From: Phaeosaccion multiseriatum
Lineage: Eukaryota; Protista; Ochrophyta, other classes
Length of the DNA: 64,000 nucleotides
Direction: 5' to 3'
Assembly (NCBI GenBank): GCA_965112735.1
Contig: OZ218950.1
Location: 1,860,001 to 1,924,000, forward strand
The notes beneath the pieces are model-generated. The model saw nothing but the letters and a program-made list of their open reading frames with translations. It did no database searches and was not told the origin of the DNA. Every line of letters starts with the position of its first letter. Position 1 is the stretch's first letter. Made by a program: the position numbers and the translations under genes. Positions 41,540-55,977 of the stretch are shown one piece after another.

Positions 41540-43508
41540 ATGATGTTTAAGTCGGTCGTTGCGCTTACCCTGCTGGGGGCCGCCTCTGTGCAGGCCTTCG
41601 CGCCCCACGCTGCCGTCAGCGGCGCCGTGCAGGCCAAGTCTGAGCTTCGCATGTCCAGCCCTGCCGCCGCCACCACTGGCCTTGTCACCAAGTTCGATAA
41701 GCTCCCGGCCAGGTACGTTGCAGAGAGAGGAGCATGGAGGAGGGTTTGTCGTTTCTCTGCGGCAGGGCCTTGCCTGCGGCAGAAGACGTGCTGCTTGCAG
41801 GCGAGAGTTGTATGTGTGTAGAGGATGCTGGGGACCAACGTGGAGCTCAGAGCCGCAGGGGCAGCAGGGAAGGGCGCAAGCTACTGCACCTCAGCCACCG
41901 ACGAGGAGGGCTCGAGGGGGTGCCATTCCTCTGGCTCGATTGGCTGGGAGGGGGAGTTGAGGGGTGCTGGCTTCTAAGTTGCTGTAGGAATGGATCTTGG
42001 TGTGCCAACGGGGTGCACATCGGGTGGACAGCGGGGTTTTGGGGTCGGGATCCCGGAGTACCCTCATGTACTGCTCAGGAAGACTGGCTGGTTGTTTATT
42101 TGTACTTATCGCTGCGTGGGGGGCACCGTGCACTCGACGCCACTGGCCACGCATGCACCTACTTGGGGCCTGAGTTTCACGAGGTCCAGTAGATTGTCTT
42201 ACCAAGGGCTAGCCCTTCACCGCTCTGATCCTCTTACCACTACCGCCTTCTAATCTCGCTCTCCCCTTTTCCCTCCGCTCTGCCTTTGATGCTGTTGTTG
42301 TTTGTCCCACCATCGCGCCACGTACTACCCCCCCCCACCCATTCTTTTCCCTCGCCTTATTGCACGTGATGCGTTCCTCCCCCAACCCATCCCGTCGCTC
42401 ATCCACACTACACCCGCACAAACAAAACCTATCGCAAATTTTCAGCGTCAAGCCCGGTGTGGTGACTGGCCCCGCCCTGGTTGACCTCCTCAACCACGCC
42501 AAGGACAATGAGTTCGCCATCCCCGGTGTCAACATTGTGGGCAGCAACTCCATCAACGCCTGCATGGAGGCCGCACAGAAGTACGGAGGACCCATCATGG
42601 TCACCTTCTCCCGCGGAGGAGGACAGATGATTGCCGGAAAGGGGGCCAACAACGACGACGATGCCGCCTCCATTGCCGGAGCCGTGGCCGGAGCCAAGCA
42701 CGTTCGTGAGGTGGCAAAGCTGTACGGTGTGCCCGTGGTGCTCCACACTGACCACTGCCAAAAGGCGTGGCTGCCCTGGTTCGACGGCATGATTGAGGCC
42801 AACGAGAAGTACTTCGAGGAGCACGGAGAGCCTCTGTTCTCTTCTCACATGCTCGACCTGTCGGAGGAGGAGCTCGAGGAGAACGTCGGCATCTGCAAGA
42901 AGTACTTGACTCGCATGGCCAAGATCAACTGCCTGCTCGAGATGGAGCTGGGAGTGACTGGCGGAGAGGAGGATGGTGTGGACAACACGGAGATTGACTC
43001 TTCCCGTCTGTACACACAGCCCGAGGAGGTGTGGTACACGTACCAGGAGCTGAGCGCCATCCCCAACGGACAGTTCACGGTGGCCGCTTCCTTCGGTAAC
43101 GTGCACGGAGTGTACTCGCCCGGAAACGTCGAGCTCAGGCCCGTTATCCTGCACAACACGCAGGAGTTCATCTCCGAGAAGCTTGGGGACGGAAACAAGA
43201 AGCCCGTGAAGTTTGTGTTCCACGGTGGATCCGGCTCCAGTGTCGAGGATATCAGGTACGCCATCAAGGCGGGAGTGGTGAAGATGAACATCGACACCGA
43301 CACGCAGTGGGCCTTCTGGGACGGTATGCGTAAGTACGAGGCCGCGAACAGGGACTACTTGCAGGGACAGATTGGCAACCCGGAGGGAGACGATAAGCCA
43401 AACAAGAAGTACTACGACCCCCGTATGGTGCTGCGAGCGGGAGAGGAGGCCATGGTGGACCGTCTGGTACAAGCAGCAGCCGACCTTAACTGCGTCGATG
43501 TCTTGTAA
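41540..43508 (+). CDS. fbaA: Plastid class II fructose-bisphosphate aldolase (FbaC-like); exons 41540-41712, 42446-43508
   Basis: Bipartite presequence MMFKSVVALTLLGAASVQA-FAP. Class II motifs: VVLHTDHC, SSHMLDLS, EMELGVTGGEEDG, FGNVHG, FVFHGGSGS, KMNIDTD and KPNKKYYDPR. Confidence 0.97.
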
Positions 43509-45384
43509 GTTTGTTCTCTTGCCTACCCAATGACGCTTTGTAGTAAGTGTGTTTGGGTTTTAGTGTAGAGAAACTTTTGCCTCCTGCCGGTCCGGTCTCT
43601 CTCTTTGTTTTTGTTTGCTTTTGCTCTTTCGGTTCTCGCGGTGGACGCGGAGAAGAAAGGAGGGAGAAAGAAGGGAAAAGGCGGCAAGCAACTTGTTGTT
43701 GGTTTTTGAGACTTTGAAGATGGAAGTGCCGTGCTGTGGAAACACCACCAGAGGGCTAACGTCTTGGGAGACACCAGCCGGGGAGCGGTCGGTACACACA
43801 CACTCGGGCACGGATGGCAGAGCAGCAGCAGCAGCGGCACCCCCTCTACCCCCTCCCTTCCTTCCCCTGTATTCAATACCTCCCTTCCCCTCACCACACA
43901 CCCCACAATTCACACCCACGGGCCATTGTCTCGTTCACTCTACACCCCCACCTACCCACCCGTCCGAGGAATGGAATCTGATAGATCATACTTTAGCATT
44001 AAACCTGGCCTGGGGGTTATTAACTGGCCATTGATACCAATATAAAAGACGAGTGGCATAAGGTGTTGTAAGTTATTTTTCGCGATGTTGAAGCAGAGCA
44101 GCCAAGGAGGAGAGGATGATTTGACAGGGCCATGTGGAAGAGAGAGCACAACCAGACGAAGACGCCTGCTGAACGGGCCGCTTCAGATCAACATACTCAC
44201 GCAAGATTAAGTTCAGTACAAGTGTTCATTCACGTTCCGTAGTCTCTGTCAATGCGAGCAGGGCTTACGGTATTTATTCTCTCTCTCTCTCTCTCTCGCG
44301 TCTGCCTCCAGCTGGACTGCGAGGCCGCCTGAAACTGAAACTCTAAAGGGCAGGCGAACTGATGTCCACACAGACAAGAGTCTCTCTGGCTGCCCGCAGC
44401 TACGATACACCTCCCCTGGCCTTCCATCCCAAGAGACAGAGCCAGGCAGATAAGACGGGCGTTTATAGTTTATAGACGGGTTTGAGAGGAGAGGAGGAGC
44501 CAATCGTGCCAGCTCCAGTGCCTCTTCTCGTTCCCCTCACTCCAGACTCACTGCCACACACCCTCACACACCCCCTGCCAGTGGCGATATCGTGCTGCTT
44601 TGCCTCTCGTGTCTCCGCGTCAAACAGCGGAGGGGTGGGTGCGGGGCCCTCTCTCAGGCACAAAACGGAAACTACAGGCTTGTTTGTAACCGTAATAGCC
44701 CCCCCACCCTTTGTGCAGGAACAAGCGCCGCCCTCGGATCATACCGCCCTCCACTTGGCGGGGGCGTCTCGGTGGTCAGTTGCCTAGCTGCAAACTACTT
44801 GCTGCAAGCTGGCTGCTGGGGACTGCTTCCTCCTCTTGCCAAGCCAAGCCAACACAAGGCGCGAGGTCGCGCTCCCCGACGGCCCAAGCAAAACCAAAAA
44901 AAACACGACCCCCCACCACCCCTCTCTCTAACGCCCCGCGGCCGCAGCACTCGTTACTATGCCCTCCGCTCGTCTCGTCTCTCCCATTCCACACTGTCTC
45001 CTCCCCTCGGGCGGAGCAACGCATCGCACTGCTGGCTCACGTCAAGTCCTTCGTCCGTGTCCAGGGCCCACGCTCCCATGCAACAACCCACTGGGGTGGG
45101 GGGCGGGTCTCTCACCTCTCATCCGACTCACCAGCTCATCAAGCAGAGTGTGCTGCCCAGTCTTCGACCCGCGGGAGGCCGCCGTGGTACAAGCAATAGA
45201 GAGGCGCACTATAACACAATGTGTGTGCTGTGCATGTACCACAATGGAGTGTGCGAGCCGAGCGGCCTGTGCTCTCCTGTCCGCCGTCTCCCGCAGCCTC
45301 CGCCCCCGCTCCAGCTGTCGGGCTCAGGGGGCGCTCCATAACACCGGAAAATTGGATCACGTGAGGCTCCGCAATGCTGCAGTC

Positions 45385-46096
45385 CTACGAGCCTTGTCTT
45401 GTCCCCTTTGCAGCTTCGCCCCGCCCCCTTTGCTCCTCTTGCTGCAGAGTAGCAGAGTACTCATGGAGTTTGAAGGTGAGGATTCCGACGGTGAGGCCCA
45501 TAGTACTGCCCACGAAGGCACCCCTCAGCATGGTCCGCGCACTACTTCTCCGGTACAGAGCGCCGGCCACCGCACCGCCAAACGTGTAGCCTCCTACATC
45601 AACTCTGTTGTCCTTTGCGGCTCCAAACACTGTACAATGAGCAAGTACCGCGGAGAGCGCACATGAGTTGGTGGAACCAGCAGAGCTCATACGGAGACGA
45701 GATAGGATGGTTCCACTTCACCTACCTTCCGCCATTCCGATAAATAGGCAGGTAAAGCCGGCGAACTTCACTCCCTGCCGCAACGCTTGGCCCCGGAGGA
45801 AGGCCTTCCTCTGCACCGCGGGTAGGACAAAGCTCGCTTGCATATTCCTGCGGTGGAAAAGGAGGGTGGAAGTTTGAAAGCATGTGGCTTCACCCATATC
45901 GTGCGGCCATCTCGTACCTGCGGTAGCCAAATATCGTCCCACAGAGAAAGGAGGCAGCTGCTGTTTGGCCCACGTTCTCGAGCGATTTGTGCTGCTCCAA
46001 TCGACGCTTGAACTCCTCCCAGGAAGGGGGCTGCGGCTGCTGCTGCTGCTTCGTCTGCTGGGGCGGCTGATCCTTCCAATCTACCGTCTCCACCAT
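45385..46096 (-). CDS. Small membrane protein, Tim17/Tim22/Tim23-like, about three exons
   Basis: Spliced reading: SFLCGTIFGY..GVKFAGFTCLFIG..GYTFGGAVAGALYR..GAFVGSTMGLTVG, i.e. four glycine-zipper hydrophobic segments. GT-AG introns near 45917-45848 and 45725-45660. Confidence 0.55.
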
Positions 46097-46197
46097 ACTC
46101 AAAGATGATTTTTTCTCATCAATACAGATCAATACAGAGACGATATCGGGGGGGGGGATTTGTGAGTTGGATCACCAACCCGCGCGATAGCTCAAAC

Positions 46198-46725
46198 TCG
46201 CCCCCGTGCACGCCTAGCGGCCTAGGCCTATTTTGGAAAATTGCCCGGCCTAGGGAGGGGGGTAGGCCCTCGGCCTATTTATAGGCCGCCTAGGCGGCGG
46301 CCTAGGCGGGGGCCGGAGGCCCGCGGCCTAGGGCAGACGCCAACTAGGCGCAGGTCCAGGGCGGGAATATGCTCCTCTATGCCCTTGGGCTGGCCCGGAA
46401 CCCGCCCAAGTGTCGTCAGTTTTAAGCAAATGTATTGCATGGGATAAGTGAGGAACAGCTAGACTTGGTTCGTGTTGTCTCTTTCCGCCTCGCTGGCCCT
46501 ACGAGGAGTGCAGGCCTACAGGTGTGCTGCTACCCACTGGCTGGGCGGCACCACGCACGCGCCCACGGTCACTGGGAGGCTGCCTAGAGGCGGGCTATAG
46601 GCCGCCTAGGGCTGAAAAGTGAGCGGCCTAGAGCGGCCGGAGGCCGCCGGCCTAGGCCTATTTCGGCCGAAGGCCGAGCGGCCTAGCGGCCTAGAGCCTA
46701 GGCCGCTAGGCGTGCACGGGGGCGA
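46198..46725. mobile_element. MITE, 528 bp, 30-bp perfect TIRs, 6-bp TSD (TCAAAC)
   Basis: TCGCCCCCGTGCACGCCTAGCGGCCTAGGC at 46198-46227 and its exact reverse complement at 46696-46725. TCAAAC at 46192-46197 and 46726-46731. Many subterminal (G)GCCTAG(G) repeats. Confidence 0.93.
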
Positions 46726-46814
46726 TCAAACGCCTTCCCTTCTCCTGGAACAGGGCCTGCCCTCCCTCTCCCTGACGCGGAGGGGGAGTAACAGGCCCTC
46801 CCGCTGGGCCCCAG

Positions 46815-46862
<48 letters not shown>

Positions 46863-47057
46863 ACACACACACACACACTACGCCCTTCCAGTTTCAGTTC
46901 ATAATTAAGTCAATATACTTCCCCTTCTCCTAAATGCATATGGAGAGTGATAGCAAGCTACCGGAATACTCCGTACTCTTTTAAGGGACCTTCCGTTTCT
47001 TTACTCCAAGTAGAGAAAGTCCAGGTTTCCACCCCCACACACCAAACACCTTTATTT

Positions 47058-47569
47058 CTACTCGGGCAAGCTCCCCTCGCCCCCACCCATTAGCAGCAGC
47101 CTCCGCAGTGCCTCCTTAACCTCCTTGACTTCCTCCCTCAGCCGCACCACCTCGCCGCCCAATCGCTCGGATTCTGTCTCTGTCTGTTCGCCCACATCAT
47201 CACTAGTACCAGCAGCACCGGCAGTGCCAACGCCAACACCGCCTGTGTGGTCGACCGTACCAGTCCCATTGTTGGACGATAGCGATCCCTCCTCGAGAAG
47301 CGCCAGTATGTCCTCTACCTGCTTCGCCTTGTGGGCTTCGTGCCGGAGCTGCACCGTAGTCAAGGACTCAAACTCGTACCGAAATGGGGAGGAACTGCCT
47401 GTTGTTGCTGTCGTATCACCAACTGCCGCTGCTGCTTTCACCTCGACACCGCCATCACCGTTGGAAAGCTCAGTGTCGGCGTCTGCGGCAGCCTTGAACA
47501 CCCTCCTGACCCTCTGCACCTTCCCCTCTTCGAGGAGAGAAGGAGAAGAGGTAGGAGCAGGAGCAGCGG

Positions 47570-47626
<57 letters not shown>

Positions 47627-48904
47627 AAGAGCTCTCTCCAATGTCTTCAGGCGTCTTCCCTCTCATACCCTTCACCCTGACCACAGCGCCCGTCGTCACC
47701 TGAGACATCATCAAGCCTTCCTCAGCGGCCCTCTCTTCCCCAGCAACAGCCTTCTTCCCCTTCTTCGTTCTTCGCTCCTTCTTTCTGCGGTGATTTCTTC
47801 GTTCCCCCTCCCTCCTCCCACCTCCGCTGCCCCCGCAAGCTGCCCTCTCCTTGGCTCCTGCTGCACAGATGCCCCACCCCGGTTCCTCCAGAGCCACATA
47901 CCGCCGATAAGCCGCGACGGCCTCACAGTCCTCCGTTGCTGTATCACCAACTGCTACCCCCGCCCCTGGAGCTGTATCACCAACTGCTATACGTGCCCTT
48001 ACCCCTGCCACACCGCTCTGAAGTGATGTGTCCTCCTCGTCCCTGGCTAGCACGACCCAGTCGCCCTCTCTGGTGTCTTTCTGCTGGCCACGGCTGGCCC
48101 ACGCTGCCTCGTCACCACCAACACCACCGCCACCACAACCAGTACCACCACCACCAGCAGCAGCAGCAGTAGCAGCAGAAGTTGCCCCTTCGACTGACGC
48201 TTCCTCAAGAAACGACCCCACCTTATCGTCTCTGACGTCATCGCTTGCGCTTGCACCGCTTACAAATACCACCAGTGCTTGGTTGAAGTCATAGCTCTTG
48301 AACTTCTCGAAGCTACTCAACTTGGTAGGAGCGTGGTTGTCGTCCCAGAATCCTGCTCCTGCCTTTGCTCGGCCCCCGCTCCCTCCTCCCCCTCCTCTTC
48401 CTCCTTCTAGTCGTCTTGATCGCTCTGTCCTGTTTGTGGAGAGCTGCTGGGGGTCCTCTTCCTTCCCTCCTTCCCCCTCTCCGTTCTGCTGCTGCTGCTG
48501 CTGCTGCTGATGCTTTTCCTGCTGCTTCTGCTGCTCTATCTTTCTCCTCCTCCTCCCCTTCCTCCCCAGCAGCAGCACCTCCCTAACCAAGGGGAAATGC
48601 CTGGCCTGCTCATCGATACGTGCCTCGCCCTTCTGCTCCTCCTCCGCCCTCGCTTGTATCTCCTTCTCCAATATCTCTCCTCCCGCTGCCGCCACTGCAG
48701 CTACTTCTGTGCCTGAGGCACTACTCGAGATACTTCCCGATGAGCCCCCCCCCCCGCCTGCCTCTACACGCTTGCGCAGCTCCCACAGCGCAGGGTGACC
48801 CCTCTTGGGTCGGAAGATGCCGAGGAAAAGGTCCATGGCTTGCTGCCGCTCGAGGTCCTTGACGTTATTGGAGTAATACCTGATGATGATGATGTTGTTG
48901 TTGT

Positions 48905-48936
<32 letters not shown>

Positions 48937-48939
48937 TTG

Positions 48940-48983
<44 letters not shown>

Positions 48984-49385
48984 GGTGGTGGTGATGATGA
49001 CGATCATGGTGACAACAACAACAACAACAACAACAAGAGCAGCGAATGCAACAATAAGAACAACACAACAGCAGCAGCGAGTACAACAATAGCAGCTCAC
49101 TCCTCCTCCTCCTCCTCCTCCTCCTCCTCCTCCTCCTCCTCCTCCTCCTCCCCCTTCTTCTCCTCCTTCTCCTCCTCCTCCTCGCCCCCGCCCCTCTCCT
49201 TTCACCGTACCTTCGTGCGGCCACAAGCGCATTCATCGCACCCCCCGTGAGCACGAAACCCCCCTCGCTGCCGCCTTTGTCGCCCTCCCCCCCCTCCCCG
49301 CTCTTCTCATCGAGCTTGTGCATAGCTCCAGAGCCTCCGTACTGGTGCGCGAGCTGGTCTCCTGTGTAGGACACCACACATACAT

Positions 49386-49424
<39 letters not shown>

Positions 49425-49944
49425 AGAGTTTGAGTTTGTGGAATGTCAGAACGACGACGGGGCAACAACAAAAAACGAGCGAACAGAGCGTACAAAGTGG
49501 ACTTTACGCCTGGAAATAGCCCTCCCTCCCTCCCTCCCTCCCTCACTGACTCACTCACTCACTCACTCACCATGAGCAGCGTACAGCTCCATGAGCACTT
49601 TGGTGCCTTCCGTACACACGGAGGCAAGCGAGAGGGGGTGTAGCTGCAGCGGCTCCAGCACAAGAGAGAGCTGCTGCAGAAGGGCCGTCTTGCCGTAGCA
49701 GAATTGCGCCACGTTGGTCCTGCAATGAGTAAGAGAATTCCGCGAGGGTGTGTGATTGAATAGGGTCCCATCCCTCCTTTTCCCCGATGCGCCTGCCCCT
49801 CCACGCCCTCCTCAACCTTCCTCTCTCTGTCTTCCTCGCCCTCTCTCCCTCTCCTTTCCTCTCTCTCCTTCCCTCTATCACTCTCTCCCTCTCTCTGTCT
49901 TCCTCTCCCTCTCTCTCCCTCTCCTTCCCTCTCTCTCTCTCTCC

Positions 49945-49985
<41 letters not shown>

Positions 49986-51132
49986 GTATCTTCTCCCCTC
50001 CTCCACCCCCCCTCCCCGGGCTGACTGACTGACCTGTCGAGGCAATCAACGCAATTGGTCCTGAGAATGCCGTACTGAAACTTCATGCCAGCGTCCGCCA
50101 GAAGCTTACTGTGCCCCACCTGGGATGTCGAGTCTGCGTGGTGGTTGGTTTGGTTTGTGTGGCCGCCCAGCCCCCCGCCCGCCCGGTCCCAATGCAAAAA
50201 GGTAACGAGGAGAGGGTCAAAGGTTAGGAAATACTACGTAATGGGTAAATAGGTCGATGGGGTGTCAGTGCTCGATCTTCCTCAAACTGCGGCGGCGAAG
50301 AGCCCTACCTGTTCCTGTTTCTGATCGTTTTCGTCGCCGCTGCTGCTGTTGCTGCTCAAGCGTCCTCCCCTCCTGCCGCCGTAACCGTCGCTGTTTGAAA
50401 ACATGCAGGCCCAAAGGGTCTTCTTCGCTACGACCACCACCATCACCGCCAGCACCACTACTATCACCACCACCACCACCACCACCACCACCACCACCAC
50501 CACCACCACCACCACCATCCTTATCACCACCACCACCACCACCACCGCCGCCGCCGCCGGCGGCATCAGAACTAGAGGAAGGCGCTGTTGGTTGACCAAC
50601 TGCTGCCGGCCAGAGCCGGTCCGAAAAAGGCACCCCGTTGAGCAGGACCCCTCTCGTTGACTTAGGGGGGGGAGAAGCTGACCCAGTAGGGGGCGAAGAA
50701 GCCGAGCCTGAGGCTGAAAGAGGCGTCGACGCTGCTGCTGTATCACCAACTACCACTGCTGCTGCGGCGGCGGCTGCTGCTGCTGAGGCGGCTGCGGCCG
50801 TCGCCGACGGCAACGACGACGACGACGATGATAACGATGACGGTGGTGGTGGCGAGAAGCGTTCGACGAATGTGCCAATGGCAGGGAAGACAGACTTGCC
50901 AGCGCCGTGTGGGGTACCCAAGGGAGAGCAATAGAGCATTAGAGCAGCAGAGCAGTAGAGCAAGTCATTGAAAGAAAGACGGAAAATCGGGAGGAAGTGA
51001 GTGGAATACACACCTCTCAACCCTCCTCCTCTCCCCTCTCCTCCCCTAAGGTTTTAGTCCCACCCTGCATCCGTGACATACATACATACATGCACACATA
51101 CATGCATATATATACATACATACATACATACA

Positions 51133-51164
<32 letters not shown>

Positions 51165-53451
51165 CGTACCTTGGTGATTGTGTCCAGCGTGGAAAATACA
51201 TCATCTCCCTGCTTGGTGCCGTTCAGAAAGTCGAAAGTGAAGTACTGTATCGGAGTAGGCACAGGAGCCACAGGCCCAAAAGCTCGGGTGTGTGCGGCCC
51301 CACCCTCCGCCCCCTCCTCCTGGTCCTGCTTCGTCCCCCCTCGACCAGTTGGTGGTACAGAAGCTCGACCAGTTGGTGGTTCAGCCGGGGGGCCGGTGAC
51401 GAAAGATGCTCCTCCTCCTACGCCCACTCTGCCCCCTTCACCCCCTCCCGATGTGGTGGTCGTTGCTTTCAGGCCGTCGGGCTCTCTCTCGCCCCTCCTT
51501 CCTTCTTCTGTTGCGTCTATTGGTGAGGACCTTTTTCGTAGTCTTTCGTCCTCGTCCTCCTTCTCCTCCCCCCCCCCCCCCCTCCTCCTCCTCCTCCTCC
51601 TCCTCCTCCTCCTCCTCCTCCTCCTCCTCCTCCTCCTCCTCCTGTATCCCCTCAGCATGTTTAAGGGCGCCTGAAGTGCCTGCTTGCCTCGCGCCATGGC
51701 TCGGTCTTCTTCCCTCAGTCGCTGCGACCCAGAAGCCCCTACCGCTCTTCTCCTTCTCCTTCTTGTCATCACTACTCGCGCCATCACCATCACCATCACC
51801 ATCACCATCACCATCGTCATCGTCATCATCTCCACCACTACTACCGCTACCAGCCTCATACAACAAACCCGGCCTGTCGTCATGGTAGGCATCCACCAGC
51901 ACTGAGCAGGGCGGTGATGAGGATGAGGCGGACGGGGAATGCGCAAGGCATTGCACGCTGTCGTCACGCTGCAGCCATGCGGTGGAGAGGCTCCGTCGAG
52001 AGAGGCCTCTCCGCTCCACTTCGCCCCACTCTTGCTCCAGGGCAAGTCCTTTGCTGTTGTTTGCGGTTGCCTCGAAGAACTTCGACATACTGCCCCCCCG
52101 GCTCCTCCTCGCAGTAGCAGCAGTAGTAGCAGTAGCTGATGTTGGTATGGACGACGATGACGACGACGATGATGATGATAATGATGATTGGGTAGCAGGA
52201 GCCCCGACTACTCCCAGCAGCGCAGTCTCCAGCGCTGCGGATGCTGCTGCTACTGCTTCTGTTGCTACCCCACTTGCTCCTTTCACACTTCCTCCCCCAC
52301 ACTCGGCAACCTCTTTTCTCTCCCTTCCCTCTCCTCCCTCCTCCTTTCCCTCTTCATCCTCCTCCTCCTCCTCCTCCTCCCCCTCCTCCTCCCCCTCTCC
52401 CCTCTCCTCCTCCGCCCCCTCCTCCTTCTCCGCCCCCTCCTCGCTGTCGTCAAGCGCCGTCCCGAGACTACTACCAAGGTCACCGTACTCCGCCGCACCC
52501 AGGCTGCTGCCACTGCCGGTAGACCATCGACGACGCCTCTTCACTCCCTCTGCGCCCCCACCCTGTCCAGCCCTGCCCCGCAACTTATCCACCCACCAAG
52601 GGAAGGACAGCCTGCCCGAAACGCCCGTAACGCCCGCCCCATCGCCGCTCCCTTGTTCCATCACGGAGGACGCAGCACCAGTAGAAGCCCCCCCCGACAT
52701 GTTTTCATCCACGTCGTCGCCAACCCTGTTTTCAGCAGCCGCATCAGCCCCCTCTTCTTCTTCCTCCGGGCCTGTCGCAATTCCCCCCTCCCCCTCCTTG
52801 CCTTTCTCACCCTTCTCCTGTCCTCCTCCTCCTCCTCCTCCTCCTCCTCCTCCTCCTCCTCCTCCTCGTTGTCCTTTCCCCTTTTTTTTGTGCCGCATTG
52901 CCGACTGAAACAAGCCGTTGATTGTCTCCACAGCATAGTCAAATGCGTGCCCCAGGAGCTGCTCTCTAGCGGTTCCGCTCTCTCTCTGTCGAATGAGACT
53001 CAACACCGTGACCGGCAGACCGTAACGGCGGAAGAGTTTCTCGAAGTGCAGGCACGCCGCATCGAGACCCTGTGTGTGTTTGTTTGTTTATGTGTTTGTT
53101 TGTTTGTTTGTTTGTTTGTTTGTTTGTTTGTTTGTTTGTTTTTTTGTTTGTTTGTTTTGTTTGTTTGTTGTTGGGACAGTGAAGGTCTGGTCGGTAGACG
53201 TTCGTCAGAGGGAAGGGGGACGGCTGGGTCGGGATCACCAGCAGCAGCCATGTAGTGCAAAGTGTGTAGTGCATACAGATGCATGTCTGTCTCTTCTACT
53301 GACTGCCCATACATGTTCGCTCACTCTCTCTACACACGGACTTCCTCCGGTAAGAAACTCTTACCATGTCAGGGTAGGCGATGACGACGTCGGGCTTGGG
53401 TGCAGCAAGGTTGGTGTGACTGTGGTACCGACACACGAGAGAGGCCCCGGC

Positions 53452-53507
<56 letters not shown>

Positions 53508-53523
53508 GCTTGAGGAATAAGAA

Positions 53524-53554
<31 letters not shown>

Positions 53555-55977
53555 AAGAAGAAGAGGAGGAGGAGGAGGAGGGGGAGGAGGAGGAGGAGGA
53601 GAAGGAGGAGAAGGAGGAGGGTACAGCAAGCAAAGGTGAGAGAGAGACATGTCGACAGCAGTTGTCGGCTTGCTTTGTCGCTCACCTCCAGTACAGAGGG
53701 ATTGAACCTCTTGCTTGCACGGAGGAGGAGGAGCAGCATGTAGCGCCCAGGGGGTCTTCAAAGGACACTATCTGCTCAGTCTCCACTTCGTTCGCAACGT
53801 GACCGAGATGATTTGCGCCTGTGTGTGCGTGCGTGTTTGAGAGAAAGAGAGAGAGTGTGCATGTTCATGTGCGCATGTGTGTGTGCGTGTGAGTGTGCAT
53901 CGGTGTGCGTGTGTGCATCCGATGTGTGTGTATGCATATGTGTATATACACCATCTTCTCCCCCTTTTCCTCTCTTCTCACCTCGTCTCTCCTCCCTCTC
54001 CCCCTCCTTTCCCCACTTCTCACCTCCTCCCTCTCCCTCTCCCTCTTCTCCTCCCCCTCCATTCCTCTTCTCACTCACCTCGTTTGAGATACCTTGTGCC
54101 AGCAAAGTGCCGAGACCTTCTCGCGATGAGTGTTACCCTCACCGTGCCCAGCAGCGGGCGGCGGAAGAGGCCGTGCTTTGTTCTACTGTCCACCTCGCTT
54201 TCCCCTGGGGGCGCTCGCCCCCCCACCTGCTCAGCTAACCCATGCTGCTGTTGCTGCTGCTGCTGCTGCTCCTCCTCCTGCTCACTGGGTCGCAACTCGA
54301 TGACCCGTTGGGCAAAGAAGCCATGGACGATCGGCAGGATCCAGTCACTGAGGACGAGAGAGAGGTCGGCATCGGGGAAAGGGAGAACAAAGGAAGAGTA
54401 TGCAGATAAGATAAGAGAAGATAAGATAAGAGAAGATATGAGCTCCAAGAGTCCCCCCTCCCACCTCCCTTGACGTCGCCTTGACAGACAACAAAACCTT
54501 TTGACATTGACAGAACAGAGATTTGGGAGAGGCCCCTGGATGGGAGGAGGGGGCTCAGACTAAACACCAAAGGACTCCAGATCGACATGTCGCCGCACCA
54601 CTGGGTATTTTGGACTGACCTGTACTGTAGCCTTCCGTCCGCCGCCGCCCTGAGCAAAGGCTGCAGCAGATGCGTGTTCCACACAAAGCGATCGTTCACA
54701 CGAAGTTTGGACCCGGGTGGGGACCGGGTCCTTCCATCCGATGGCTGTTTCTTGTTGGTCTGCGTATTACTGCGAGCTGCTGCTGGCACAGTCCCCCCTC
54801 CTCCTGCACCATTGACGTCGTCACCGCCTCCGCCCCCCCGAGTAGCAGCATCATCATCATGAGGATGAGCAGGAGCAGAAGCATCGTCAGCATCATTATC
54901 ATCACTATCATCATCACGATCCTCATTTAGATCATCTTCCTTCTCTTCCTCCTGCTCCTCTTCCTCCTCCTCCTCAAGGCTTGCGCTGAGTCTGAAGCAG
55001 GCCAAGCGCTGCAGGGTGCTGGTGATGTCGGAGGAGTACGAGAAGAAGAAGTCCGCATTCTTACTCAGGTCCACCTGTTAGTATCGAGGTTTGGGGGGGG
55101 CGGGGGTGAGGGGGTGCGGGTGAGGGAGCGGCGGCAGCAACACACCATACAAGAGAGTACCAGCAGAGAGCAAGGTAGGTGGCAGGACGAGGCAGAATGT
55201 AGGCACACTAGCTAGCGAACTAAGTGCAAGAAAGCGCTCGTATCTAACCTGGCAAAAGATGTTCTTGTATCGAGCCTCCTCCGCGTCTGCGGTGAAGAGC
55301 CTGGGGCCAGTGCGAAGGGTGAGGGACACCAGTAGCGTCTTCTCCACCGCGTAGATGTGGCTCCCTCCAAGAATGCCTATCTTCTTCCGTTTGGTGATGA
55401 AGTACACAAAGTACCCCCTGCATGCGTGTGGGCGGTTTGGGCGAAAGGCCAAAGGCAAAGGAAGGAGAGTCTGAGACATAGTAAGGGAAGGGGGATGAGA
55501 AAAAAGGATGATGGGAGACCCGAGCCGCACTTGCAGCAGCAGCGCGGAAGAGGGAAGCGGTAGTCATGGCACGTCCTCTTTTCTTTGTTGCTCAGTCTGC
55601 TCCATACGCTCTCCTCCTTCTCCTCCTGCCGTGACCTACCCTGCGAGCAACTTGAATACCCCAATGATGCCGTGTGCCTTGCATACTTCCGTGAGTGCGT
55701 TGCTGTCGCCGATGCCAGCAAGACCAGCGATGCCTCCACTACTGCCAGAAACCCCTCCCAGCTCGACCAGGCGAGCCTTGAGCCCGGCTTCATCGTACTT
55801 GACCTCTGATTGCTGCACATCAGGACACCCTCTCCCCGAAGCCTTCGCGGCATCCTCTGCACTTTCTTTATTGAAAGAGAGTATTGAGTACCCACCGCTG
55901 CTCGTCCCCACAACGTGCACAGCCTTCTTGTTCTCGTAGACAGTCAAGTGCTGCAGGGGTGCTCGAAGGAGCACCAT
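47058..55977 (-). CDS. FIG4: FIG4/SAC-domain polyphosphoinositide phosphatase, multi-exon, with large low-complexity inserts
   Basis: [81 protein letters not shown], catalytic [19 protein letters not shown] (CX5RT), [11 protein letters not shown] and [18 protein letters not shown]. One apparent frameshift lies in a poly-C run near 51570. Confidence 0.93.

Noticed and set aside
42429-43472. Long antisense ORFs (here, at 35090-36334 and at 32118-33449) and many short ORFs in repeats
   Set aside because: These are shadows of GC3-biased real genes or translations of microsatellites.
51560-51645. Frameshift in FIG4
   Set aside because: It falls in a poly-C homopolymer next to (CCT)n and is most likely a consensus error.
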